In this document: positions 37,630 through 49,670 of the stretch, piece after piece | How positions within the stretch are numbered: the stretch's first letter is position 1 | Layout of the letters: every line of letters begins with the position of its first letter | From: Stegostoma tigrinum | Lineage: Eukaryota | Assembly: GCF_030684315.1 (NCBI RefSeq) | Contig: NC_081375.1 | Span: 32,539,073 to 32,603,072, forward strand | Reading direction: 5' to 3' | Length of the DNA: 64,000 bases | Notes under the pieces: model-generated | What the model saw: the letters and a program-made list of their open reading frames with translations, nothing else | What the model was told of the DNA's origin: nothing | The model's database searches: none | Translations under genes and position numbers: made by a program

Positions 37630-38454
37630 CTGCCCAGGATTGGTTGACCATGTCCAAGCCTCTGGGCTAATATTACAAAATGCCTGTGACTTACCAAGCT
37701 GGGAACTCTAACCAAAGGCTATACCCCTTGATTTGACTGAGGCCTGATGACAATCATGACAACTTTCCTTTTATTGAGTCCACGTGATGGGATGACAAAA
37801 CCAAAATAATGAGAAAACTGTATCTTTGGCTGAGGGGGAACATATTCAAAGGCAAGGCAGCCCAGTGCAAGTTAGATAGGTAGGAGCATCCATGTAGGTT
37901 CAGAGTGAGAAAGTGCTGTGTTAGTAACAAAAAAAGGCCCGGAAATTTGGCCAGTCCATTGAATCAGGTGGGTGCATGTCTCTGAGCACAAATGTCCTTG
38001 CTGTCGTCACAGCCCACGTCACTCAGACCCCAGTATGATTCTGCATGATGTTTTTTGATCAATTAAGGAATGGAATTGGTCATAAACCCAAGGTTTCAGG
38101 CTCAGAGGTAGGGAGATTACACAAATGCCAGAAGGCCTTCCCTTTGAGAGCCCTTGAATTCAAAATTACTTCAATGAAAATAGCTGATTGTTCATTTTTA
38201 TAATGGCAAATGGGAGCGTGTCTTAATTTTCCTTTCCTTTTCCATCTCGGTTGAAAGCAAACATTGATAATTCTGTTCACCGTAAAAATCTTGTTTTATA
38301 AAAATAACTGGCCTGAATATTCACATTAGATATATCCTGAGACAAATACCAAGGTTTTATTTCAACCTTTACTGCTGAGGCAAATTTAGCAGAAATTCCA
38401 TTCAGTGTCTGGTGTCAATATCACTAGGAGCATATTTAGGGCACCCACCTTCCT

Positions 38455-38628
38455 TTTATAATTTTGTGGAATGTGGGCGTTGCTGGCTAGGCCGGCATTT
38501 ATTGCCCATCCCTAGTTGCCCATTTGAAGGTGGTGGTGAGCTGCCTTCTTGCACCACTGTAGTTTGACCCACGATGCCCTCAGGGAGAGAATTCCAGGAT
38601 TTTGACCCAGCGACAGTGAAGGAACAGA
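38455..38628 (-). mobile_element. CR1/L2-group LINE 3' end (second family)
   Basis: GGCCGGCATTTATTGCCCATCCCTAGTTGCCC...GGTGAGCTGCCTTCTTG. Confidence 0.85.
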
Positions 38629-39617
38629 GAAAGTGGTGGTGTTCCCTGGACTGATCACAAATTTACATGCAGTTCTGCAATTAAAAATCACCTGCTGAAG
38701 TGATTAAAAATTCCAGTCAAATGCTGCTGTTCCCAGTGGGATATGCAGGCCTCTGCGATCTTCCATAGAGCAAAGTTACTTCCATGGTATCTTTTGCAGA
38801 AGGCAGAGGTAAATTTAAAAAAAAAGAATTATGGCCACAGTTCTTAATTTGGACCCCTAAGCAGGCTCCACCTCCTTATGAGACTCTATGGTTCACCTCA
38901 GTGCCTCTAATTGATGCCGGGCCAACTTACGCTAAGAACCTTCAACAGTTCTTTATGAACTCATAGATTCTAAACCGGCTTCCGATCTAGTTTTGGCTTT
39001 CTGCCAAAAATTATCATGCAGAGCACAGCAAAGCTATGATCTCCAAGGCCACACTTTTCAGAGCACTGCCTGTAGATTTGACATGACTTCTAGCTCAATG
39101 TCTCTATTTCTTTTGTGCTATTGGATCTGCTGCTCCTGCGTCGTATTCCTAGTGATCAGACTAACGCTTTTGAATTACATCTTGCATCTGTCATAAATTA
39201 TGTCCAAATATTGGAAATTAGACACGTTTAAAACTGATTTTGTTTTCACATTGCTGACGCAGCATGAGACCTCATGTAATGTCTGCTACAGCAGTTACTT
39301 CCCTTCTGCAAATAGAAACAATTTCTTGCACAAGAATGAAAGACAGGTTAAAAGTAATGGGTACATTTACTACCAAGCCATTATGCCTCACGAGCCGAGT
39401 TGTTTTCTTTTACAAGAAACAGAACAGTTTGCTCCGAGGAAAATTGAAAACTGATCTTACAGCAAGGAGTGTGGAGGTGGGTGGGAGCAAGGGTTGTGGC
39501 TGTGGGGGTCACTGGTGTTTCTGATGTCATGCGAGGTTGTCCAGTGTTCATTAGCTAAAATGGATTCAGACAAGGGATTTACACAGCACAGATAGCCAGT
39601 CCCCAAAATAGGGCATA

Positions 39618-39773
39618 GCCACCTGAAAGAACTGCAGATACTGCAAATCAGGAACAAAAGCAGAAGTTGCTGGCAAAGCTTAACTGGTCTGAGCCCTGAG
39701 GAAGGGTCACCAGACCCAAAACGTTAATTCTGATTTCTTTTCTTCACAGATGCTGCCAGACCTGCTGAGCTTT
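39618..39773. mobile_element. Older PLE-family fold-back insertion with HHR variant (39696-39727)
   Basis: CTGAGGAA-GGGTC-ACCA-GACCC-AAAACGTTAA; inverted arms; degenerate TSD CCCAAAATA(G/A)GG(C/T)ATA. Confidence 0.7.
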
Positions 39774-39844
39774 CCCAAAATAAGGTATATAAAGTGGGGC
39801 TGAGGAAGAAGGGCCAATCCTTGCAGGTGACACTCCTCATCATG

Positions 39845-40051
39845 GATAACACAGTGAGGAACTGGAGGAAAACAGCAGGCCAGGCAGCAGAGGACCAGGA
39901 AAGTTGATGATTCAGATCGGGAGCTGATTTCCAAAGAAGGGTCTCGACCCGAAACGTCAGCTTTCCTGCCCTCTGATGCTGCCTGGCCTGCTGTGTTCTT
40001 CCAGTTCAACACTGTGTTAACTGTGACTCCAGCATCTGCAGTTCTTACTAT
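39845..40051. mobile_element. Older PLE-subfamily fold-back insertion with HHR variant (39931-39960)
   Basis: AAGAA-GGGTC-TC-GACCC-GAAACGTCAG; inverted arms; TSD CTCATCATG at 39836-39844 and 40052-40060. Confidence 0.75.
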
Positions 40052-41338
40052 CTCATCATGAAGCTGTCTTCTCCAAATGGATGACGGACTAAAAAAATTG
40101 AGAAGACCCTAGGAAACAGGTCTATAATAATTTGGGTGGAGAACATGATGCTGCCTTCATAACTGTAATGAAAGCACTATCTGTCTGTTCATCCACCGGT
40201 ATCAGTGAACCACCCTCAATTATCATGGTAGTATTTTTGATTTTGTTCCAGTTAACTAATGTACCATATTTAAGCTGCTGCTTCTTAACTTGAATAAACT
40301 CTCTGAAAATTCCTTAAGAATGATCAAATGCTTTTACTAGTTAACAGTATTCAGGAACCCCTAAACTTTCACACAATTGATTGAGTAAATATTGGAATAT
40401 GGGTCTTGTTGAACCCATATGGTCAGTCCAGTGTAGCGCAAGTTGTTTCTTACTCTCATCAAAGACAGGGCAACTTACCTTATCCCTATGTGTTCTCTTC
40501 CAAATTGGCACAAAGCCTGGTGACTTCTTTTTTTAAAAACAGCTGTTAAGATTAAATTTTCTTTCCAGTTTCTTTGCTCTTTTAGCTCGAGAGCATTTGA
40601 GCAAATCTAGTGTCTTTATAGATAACAGCGCAGCAAATCGGTTTTGTCGCTGTGATAAATAATGGAGTAGTGACAATTATCAATCCACAAGAAAAAGTGG
40701 CCTTCCCAGTTGCACAATTCCAAGGTGCTTTACAATGAGCCATATACAATAAATAAGTCATCAAACAGCAAGGGAAATTGCTTCTCACTTTCCATCCATT
40801 GAGGACATTAGAAATAATTATTATTGATTGTTAGACAGCTGGGAAAGAGCTTAGGTTGTCTTCAAAGACATTTGCTTGTTGTGACAAATTTGCCATTGCA
40901 CTTGAGCTGCCCACACCAGATATAATTACATTTCTGCAGCTATTTGCCAAGTTGGGTTACATGATATTGACAAAGCTGAATGATCTTGTTACATTAATTT
41001 CTAAAATCTTATCAGTTTACAACACACAATGATGCAGTCTGGCCTACAGAAACTGTACTGAAGATATCCCAAGCTAATCCTTTCCCTCTACAATTTCCCT
41101 ATAGTCCTGTAACTTTCCTCAATTCAAATACTGATCTAATTTCCCTTAAATGATGCAATGGTTTACATCTCAAATATTACCTCTCATAAAGTGTGTCATA
41201 CTGAAGCAATTCTCCAAGTAGATATATTTTCTCTGACCAGTCTTCATCAAACCCTCAATGACAATGTTAAATTGGCCTTCCCTATTTCTTCCATTACTCA
41301 TTTACGCTGGCTTTCAGTCTCTCAACATAACAATGTTC

Positions 41339-41356
41339 ACTCCTAGATGGCGCTAG
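41339..41356 (+). promoter_or_regulatory. Possible CTCF-binding motif
   Basis: CTCCTAGATGGCGCTA is close to the CCACTAGATGGCGCTA form of the CTCF core and retains a CpG in a CpG-poor context; motif match only. Confidence 0.3.
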
Positions 41357-41864
41357 AGGGGATCACTTGAAGCTTTTGACAGTCAGTGGGTACTGAAGGG
41401 ATTGGATTGCATTGTTGACAGAGGAGGAAATGTGATGATTTAATAATGACTTAGTTATGATTAGCTGCACCACCTTAAAAATTTTGTTTGAATGTTTTGT
41501 TTTTAAATTTGCTTGATGACATTTGAGCAACACACTCTCTCCTTTGTGAACACTTATAAAGAGTGGAGACACCATGGCAAGCTTAGTCAAAGATACAGTA
41601 TGGAACAAGGATAAGGGTCAATTCCTAACTTTGTCATACACCACATTTCCCAAAATGTTTTATACTTCCAAGGCCATGATTTCTAACATAATAAAACTGT
41701 TTTATTTGTATATTTCACAAAAACATAACGAAACCTACTTGTAAACTACACATTTTGTGACTTTACATACTTCAGTTAAGGATTTGACTTGAAGGCCCCA
41801 AACTCTCTGCAGTGCACTAAAATGAATTAAGTGCACAACATTCTCCTTAAAAAAATCAAATCAA

Positions 41865-42302
41865 ATATATAACAAAGTGTGGAGCTGGATGAATACAGAA
41901 GGCTAAGCAGCATCTTAGGAGCATAAAAGCTGACGTTTCAGGCCTAGACCCTTCATCAGAAAAGGGGGATGGGGAGAGGGTTCTGAAATAATTAGCGAGA
42001 GAGGAGGAGGTGAATTGAAGATGGATAGAGGAGAGGATAGGTGGAGAGGAGGCAGACAAGTGAAGGAGGCAGGGATGGAGCCAGTAGAGGTGAGTGTCGG
42101 TGGGAAAGTAGGGAGGGGATAGGTCAGTCCAGGGAGGATGGACAGGTCAAGTGGGTGGGATGAGGTTAGTAGGTAGGAGATGGGGGTCCGAAACGACAGC
42201 TTTTATGCTCCTAAGATGCTGCTTGGCCTGCTGTGTTCATTCAGCTCCACACTTTGTTATCTCAGATTCTCTAGCATCTGCAGTTCCCATTATCTCTGAT
42301 GC
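41865..42302. mobile_element. PLE fold-back insertion (diverged subfamily); HHR motif on minus at 41930-41959
   Basis: Minus arm ~41869-42187; plus arm starts in the HHR (CCGAAACGACAGC); TSD AATCAAATCAA at 41854-41864 and 42303-42313. Confidence 0.85.
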
Positions 42303-42475
42303 AATCAAATCAACCTGTTTAGAGATGTTATTGTGCACTAGTAGATGAGACTTGAATCTGAGCCTCTTAGCTCTGAGGCAGGAACAGTACCACTGTGCCA
42401 CAAGAGCTTACAAATGAAATTAAGCACATCAGATTAGGTAAAAAAAACCTTCTTGCAGTCGGGGAGAATATTACA

Positions 42476-42536
42476 GAGATAACAAAGCGTGGAGCTGCAT
42501 GAACACAGCAGGCCAAGCAGCATCTTAGGAGCACAA
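42476..42536 (-). mobile_element. Short PLE 3' fragment
   Basis: GAGATAACAAAGCGTGGAGCTGCATGAACACAGCAGGCCAAGCAGCATCTTAGGAGCACAA. Confidence 0.8.
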
Positions 42537-42787
42537 TATTACAGTCTGGGTTCTTTATATGATATTTTCTATCATGGTTCAAAAACAGTCAGATCTTGAA
42601 GGGGACCCTGAGCTTTCTATGACTGAAACAATGGGTGTGAATTCACAAGGCAATGGTGGCCCCGTGCACAGGTTAGTAAAGGAAAGTCTCATCTTTCTTG
42701 ATTCTGGAAGTGCCAACTAGATTGTTGTCAAGGCATTTTTCCCCTTTAAGGCATGAGGTCCTAAGAGCTATCAGCCATTTTTTTTTA

Positions 42788-43100
42788 TAGAATCCCTACA
42801 GTATGGAAATGGGCTATTCAGCCCAACACATCCACATCACCCCTCTGAAGAGCATCCCACCCAGACCCATTCTCCCACGTCTGTATTTCCCATTCCTAAC
42901 ACACACATCCCTGGGCACTATAGCATGGCCCATCCACCTACTCTGCACAGCTTTGGACTGTGGAAGGAAACCAGAGCACCCAGAGAAAACCCACACAGAC
43001 ACAGGAGAATGTGCAAACTCCACACTTGCCCAAGGCTGGAATTGAACCTGGGTCCCTGGTGCTGTGAGCCAGCAGTGCTAACCACTGAGCCACCGCGCCA
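42788..43100 (-). mobile_element. V-domain SINE (HE1-like)
   Basis: Head GGCGCGGTGGCTCAGTGGTTAGCAC...GGTTCAATTCC, V domain and tail on minus. Confidence 0.9.
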
Positions 43101-43991
43101 GCCCTTCCATAAATGTAAAAGCAATTCCTATTTGCTCCAAATCCACCAAGAAAACTACTCTTTGCCTGATCAGCTTTAACCACTTACATATCTGAAGGTA
43201 CTCAGTTTCTCATTTTCTGTCAAATCAATTGCACAGGTTCAATTTAAACTGATAGCCGTGCATTTCAACAAGTATCCATGGCACAATGTTAAAATTGATT
43301 CTGTTGGCAGCATGCCATTGGGAATCATGACGGCCTTTAATTTGCCACCATTTTACTTCCCAACTTTCATCCCGTCATCAGGAAGTTGGTGTTTCACATT
43401 CTGCACAATTTAGCAATCCCACCATTTTGTTTTCTAGTCAATGAGTTTCACTAGATTATGCCCAATATAGCGCTCACCTCAGAGTTAAAAGACTATGAAA
43501 ATATACAACCACTTCTAGATTTAAGCACATAATCTAGTCCAACAGTCCATTATAGCAGAGGAGCTGTCTTCGAAGATAAAGTAAGTCAAGGCATTGTCTC
43601 AAGTAACTATCAATTTAAAAATGTAATTAAACCAGGAATGTTGACAAAACTATCTCAAATTAATTAAATAATTCACAGGGAATGGGTCATTCATTTAACA
43701 GATATTAATCTGGAATTCATAAGAGGTGGAGTGGGACCTAAGATTATCCCTGCCAGTCGGTACATGCATTCCTCAGCTCCCGCCCACATTCAGCCACTCT
43801 TGTAGAGATGAAGTTGGGCTAGCAGGACATCGCTGCCACAGGGTAGGTGTCCTACAGTTTGTTACGGGCTCAATTGAGCCCAGTTCAAGGAGATCCACAG
43901 AGATGCCTCTGAGTCCATTTAGTTCTGGTCTGTCATTAATAAGGGCCTGAGCACACACTATTGGAACAGTCAGGACCTCCCCAGCGCATAC

Positions 43992-44159
43992 TTAGTCCTC
44001 CAGTTTTTGCTCTTCCTTGTGTATTTTTGGACTGTTGCCAAATCCAAGTGCATCAATAAAATCATCTCCTTCATCGTCGAAGACCAATTCATCTTTCTTC
44101 TTTGATGTGGCTACAGTCGAAACAGAAGCAGAACTGGAGGGCACATTCTCCTCTTTCAT
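43992..44159 (-). pseudogene. FBF1: Orphan exon-like fragment resembling Fas-binding factor 1 (centriolar distal appendage protein)
   Basis: Manual translation MKEENVPSSSASVSTVATSKKKDELVFDDEGDDFIDALGFGNSPKIHKEEQKLED* matches my recollection of FBF1 (KKEELLFDDGDDIMATLGFGDSPK); followed by donor-like GTATGC; no polypyrimidine acceptor; in-frame TAA. Confidence 0.75.
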
Positions 44160-44830
44160 TATCTGTCCCTAGTTACCCTTGAGATGGTGGTGGTGAGCTG
44201 CCTTCTTGAATCACTGCGGTCCTCATACGTAGTTTAACCCACAGTGTTATTAGGGAGGAGCTTTCAGGATTGTAACCCAGTGGCAGTGAAGGAATGGGGA
44301 TGTATTTCTAAGTCAGGATGGCGAGTGCCTTGGAGAGGAACTTGCAGCTGGTGTTCCCATGTATCTCCTGCCCTTGTCCTTTGTAATGGAAGTGGTCATG
44401 GGTTTGGAAAGTGCTGTCTAAGGATGTCTGGTGAATTTCTGCTCTGCATCTTGTAGGTAGTAGACACTGCTGCTACTGAGCATCAATGGTGGAGGGAGTG
44501 GATGCTTGCGGATGTGGTGCCAATCAAGCGGGCTGCCTCGTCCTGGATAGGGTCAAGCTTCATGAATGTTGTTGGAGCTGTACTACCCAGGCAAGTGAGG
44601 AGTATTCCGTCACACTCCTGATATGTGCCTTGTAGGCATTGGACAGATTTTGGGGAATCAGGAGGCGAGTTACTCAATGTATCATTCCTAGCTTATGACC
44701 TGATCTTGCAGCCTCTGTGCTTATGAAGTGCGTCCAGCTGATTTTTCTGGTCAATGGTAACCCCAAGGATATTGATAGTGGAGGTTTCAGTGATGTTAAC
44801 ATCTAACAGTGGTTAGATTGCCTCTTTAGT
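44160..44830 (-). mobile_element. CR1/L2-group LINE 3' portion (second family)
   Basis: ORF 44483..44677 APTTFMKLDPIQDEAARLIG; family tail truncated at the FBF1-like junction. Confidence 0.88.
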
Positions 44831-45214
44831 GGAAGGTCAGCAGCTCCCAGTCCCAGCATTGTCAACAGGAGCAACAGCCATTGCTAGGACTGCAACTAAT
44901 CAGGACCAAACATGTCTTTCATCCATTGAGAGAATCCAGAGCTCAGGTACCTCACTGAAAATCTGAAGTAAGCCAGTTAAATCAAATCCATTTTGCGCAG
45001 CATTTTATCAGCTCCTATATAATGGGAATTCAGAAACGTCGGTCTGGTAAAATTGGAGGGAACAATGTTAGGACAGATCCGCAATGCAATCCCATTGCTG
45101 GGAGGATTTACCATGCTAGGATGCAATGCACATTGTCTCTCTGCCCCATGGAGGTAGGCAGCTACTTCCATTATTTAACACCACCGACATTTTCACACAA
45201 TCACAAAAAACTGT

Positions 45215-45665
45215 TAAGAGTGCAGAAAGAGGCCACTTGACCAATTTGTCTGTGCAGTTCAAATGAGTCTCTCACTGAGTTGAATTCTCTGGTCTTCTCC
45301 CTATAACCTTACACATTGTACCTTTCTGAATACTTGTCTAATTCCCTTTCAAAAGCCTTGATTAAAAGTGCCTCCACCACATTCTCAGGCAGTGAAATCC
45401 AAAACCTAACATTTGCAGTGTTAAAAAAAATTCCTCGCATCATTTTTGTTTCTCTTACTATTTTTTTTCAATCTATGCCCTCTCATTCTCCATCTTTCAT
45501 AAGTGGGAATATTTTCTCCCTATTTACTCAGTCCAGAGCTCTGACATTAAATTTTGAAAAATTCTATCAAATCTCCACTAAGCTTTTCCCTCTCCAAGGA
45601 AAACAGTCTCAACTTCCTCAATCTATCCACATAACTCATTCTTCATCATGGAGCCATTCTTGTTC
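45215..45665 (-). mobile_element. Old CR1 LINE 3' fragment
   Basis: TGCCTCCACCACATTCTCAGGCAGTGAAATCCA and related CR1 3'-region similarity. Confidence 0.65.
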
Positions 45666-45769
45666 AGTTGTGGATTGTAGCCACAATATATTTTAACATG
45701 GCAAGCTGAGCCTGCAGCTTCCTAATCTTATTCACTACACTCCATGTATTGAAACACATGCTCTGTATA

Positions 45770-46133
45770 GAATAGAACCAGAGAATCCCTGGAGTTTGGA
45801 ATGAGGCCATTCAGCGTAGTGAGCCCCCGCACTGACCCTCAGAGAATCTCACTCAGACCCAGGCCCCTACTTATCCCCATAACCCTGCATTTCCCATGGC
45901 TAAATCTCTTGAGACTGCACATCCCAGGACACACAGGACAATTTAGCATGGCCAATCCACCTAACCTGCACATGTTTGGACTGTGTTAGGTAATTGGAGC
46001 ACCCGGAGAAAACCCAAGCAGACACGGGGTAGAATGTGCAAACTCCACACAAACAAGTATCCAAGACTGGAAGAAAACCCAGGTCCCTGGCACTGTGAAG
46101 CAGCAGTGCTAATTAATGTGCGGTCATGCTCTG
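45770..46133 (-). mobile_element. V-domain SINE (HE1-like)
   Basis: Homologous to 4113-4435. Confidence 0.85.
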
Positions 46134-46559
46134 CTCATGTGCTCAGCTGCAGAGTAACCATACTTATAAGCGTGTTATCAGCGTGGGTCTCAGAGCGTTT
46201 CAATACAGTGCATTGACACCAGCTTTTGCTTAAACTCAAAGAAACCCAGAAACAATCCACTGTCACTGATGAAGCTTCCAGTACAACTGGTTATCCAGGT
46301 CACTGAAAGCACTGGGAATCCTCACATAGCACAGCAAGTGCGCTCTCAAGAATGGAGCAACCTAGTCAATCTGCTTCTGTTAACTAGTGATCTTGTTACC
46401 ATTAGTAAAATTTACTCCAGCTGTTAAAATGTTATCAGTACCAGTAATGTTTTCCCAAAACCAATAATAATAAATACTAACAATAAAATTTAAAAATACC
46501 GATCATCTGATACAAAAACACAAGACAAGACTCAACCACTACTGACTATCTGAGGTCAC

Positions 46560-47375
46560 AAAGTGATCTTGATCAATTGGTTCAATGGGCTGAGGAGTAG
46601 CAGATGGAGTTGTATTAAATAAATGCGAGGTGTTGCATTTTGCCAAGATGAACAATGGCGTGACTTACACTGTTAATGGTAGGGCCCTAGGTAATGTCAT
46701 CAAACAGGGAGGCCTAGGGGTTCAGGTACATAATTCCTTGAAAGTTGTGTCACAGGTAGACAGGATGGTCAATAAGGTGTTTGGCGTTCTTGCCTTTAAG
46801 CATTGAGTACTGGATTTGAGACCTCATGTTGTGGCTGTACAGGACGTTGGTGAGGCCACTTTTGGAGGATTGTGTACAGTTCTGGCCATCCTACAATAGG
46901 ATGGATATTATTAAATTGGACATAGTGCAGAAAAGATTTTCAAGAATGCTACTGGGACTGGAGGGTTTGAGTTCTGAGGAGAGGCTGGATAGGCTGGGAC
47001 TTTTTTACTGCAGCGTTGGAGGTCGAGGGATGACCTTGTAGAGGTTTCTAAAATCATGAGGGGGACAGAGGAAGTGAAGAGCAAAGGTCTTTTTCCCTGT
47101 GGGTAAGGGAATTCAAAACCAGAAGGTGTATTTTTAAAGTGGGAAGGGAAAGGGTTAAAAGGGACCTGAGGGGCAACCTTTTCACACTGTCGGAGGTTTG
47201 TACATTGAATGAACTGCTAGAGGCAGAGTTAGATGCAAGTACAGTTACAACATTAAAAGATATTTGGACAAGAATATGGGCCAAATGCAGGCAAATGGAA
47301 CAAGATCAGTTTGGAAAACCCGGTCAGCATGGACTGGTTGGACCAAAGAGCCTGTTTCCGAGCTATATGACTCTT
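46560..47375 (+). mobile_element. CR1 LINE 3' fragment
   Basis: MLWLYRTLVRPLLEDCVQFW, KRDLRGNLFT; tail CTATATGACTCT. Confidence 0.9.
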
Positions 47376-47777
47376 TGACATGTTATTATCTTTTGTGCGT
47401 TTGTTTTCAAACTCCCAGTTATTTAGCATCAGCTCCTGCGCAGCGATACTCACCAAGCAATCATCTTCACATGTTAATTAACAATAGTATTAATCAATAA
47501 ACATTCAAAAATCTATTAACCAATTTACGTGAAATAGGTTAATTATTTGCAATTAATAAACACTCTGCCTCCCAATAACCTCAATTGTTACTGCAAATAA
47601 GACTTACAACTTATAAAACATTATAATTCCTAATAATGTTCAAGAATTTTGAAGATTAATGTGTAAAATATTCAGCCACCAGTTGCTTAATTGTTTTCCT
47701 GTTAGGAGACACAGAAGTTTTAACAACACGGGTCAGTCCCCTACCGCATCATAGAGGTGGCCTTTCCCTTTAGAGAC

Positions 47778-49670
47778 TGTAGTAACTCCACAGAGGCCAA
47801 TATCCCATCACCAAGTCACACTTTATTTACACATGGAGATTCCTTGACGCTGATCCAGCTTCCTCAGACCCAGCTCTCAGAGTGAAAAGAGCCTCTAAAA
47901 TTCCGTTCATTTATTAAAGCCCAAGAGAATTTAATACAATATGTAGAGAGGTATTCAGAATGTGGTATGATCTCACGTCTCATCCGTTCCCAGTCAGTTC
48001 ATGCCTCCAAAGATCACATGAAGCTCAGTGAGTCAATAATTCCTGACTCATGAGCATTCTGCTCTATATCACCTTGATGCCCACTCCCCACCCCAGGTGC
48101 TGATGCGCTTCTTCCAGCCGTGAGTCCACTTGGTGGTCTTTAGTTGGTATTCGGTGCCAGGTTTCTTCATCCAGATCCATACTTGGCTCAAAGGGAAAAG
48201 CTGGGAGTTCAGGCCACCAGTCTCTGGCTGCCTCGCCAGTGGGCTCAGGGTCAGGAAACCATTGGGTCATGACAGGAGGGAGCTGCAGAACTTGCACAGA
48301 CTGGAGCTCAATGGGACAAACAGGGGCCAAGCACTTTTCCAGCTCCCACCTGCAGCTCGGCAGCACTGCCCTCATAAATCTCATTCCTGCATTCTGACAT
48401 TCTTGTTTGTATATGTCAGCCAGGGCTCAATGGATGGACCAGATTAACAGCCCCAGTCAGGGAACTCATATTCTGTGTGGTCCATCTCGCTGACCTTGTT
48501 AGAACCGCTACACTCTCCCCTTCCAAGTCTGAGGACTTAGGCTGGTTCTTTCTTTTTGTAGCTCCTTTTGGAGCATTTTAGCACTGAGTCAGGTTCCTCC
48601 AACTCTGCCTGAGATACAGGCAGAGTGTAATGCAGAGTAGCTCACCCCTTACACCTGAAGCATCTCAGAAGAAATTCACTCTCTTCTTCAGACAGCAAGG
48701 GCATCACTGTGTCCATTTCAGATTCTGGGGTATCTTCAATGCTTGAAGGACTGGAAGAGTCTGGAATAGTCAGAAATGAGGAGGCCTATGTTTTGCTCCT
48801 ACACTGTTCGTGAGTTTGAGCTTTCATGTGGCCCAAGTGCTTGTTCATGACTATCAAACTTTATACATCACTGGACCTGACCTTGCATCAACAATGCCTC
48901 TTACCCATTGAGGGGCATTCCCATAGCTCCTACACCAAACTTTATCCTCTGCAGTAAACTGTCTCTCTTGTTTCACAGAGACCTGTGCCCAGCATTGGCA
49001 TTTCTTATGCTGTTTCACGCTTCCTACACCCTCCAGGACTGGAAGATCAGGTTTAAGTTGGTACGGAGTCTTTTCCCCATTAGCAACTCTGCTAGAATTA
49101 TCCATTGCACGAGGAGTTGTCCTATAATCAAGTAGGAGGCATGACAATTTTTTTACCTAGTGAAGCTGTAGGCTGTTTTTTTTAGGCCTGCCTTCAAAGT
49201 TTGGACTGTTCTTTCTGCCAGACCACTGGATGATGAATGATATGGAGTTGTCATTATATGTCACTCAACTTTAGGAAATACTCAAATTCCATGCTGGTAA
49301 ATGATGGCCTTTTATCTGTGACCAACACTTCTGGGCATCTGTGTATTGCAAAAAGATGTGCGCAGGTTTTTTGTTGTCATGCCCATGTTTGATGAATGAA
49401 TTCTATGCAAGTTCAGCCACTTTGAGTGGGTGTCCACAATGACAAAGAACATTGAGATCATGAAAGGACCAGCATAGTCAACATGTAGCTGAGTCCAGGG
49501 TGTACCTGGTCATTCCCGTGGATGTGTGGGAACTGCTAGCATCAATTTTTATCCTTGTTAGCACTCTGGGCACTGCCTCACCAACCCAGCTCTGTCTGCA
49601 TCCAATCCTAGCCACCAGACACAACTTCTCATCAACATCTTCATTTTGGAAACCCCTGGATGACCCTCTG
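47778..49670 (-). mobile_element. Gypsy-type LTR retrotransposon remnant: integrase, polypurine tract and interrupted 3' LTR
   Basis: Minus-strand PWTQLHVDYAGPF..MFFVIVDTHSKW and SSGLAERTVQTLK; PPT GGAAGGGGAGAG (48524-48513) directly before LTR TG at 48512; LTR ends CA at 47778, with an insertion at ~47905-48385. Confidence 0.85.
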
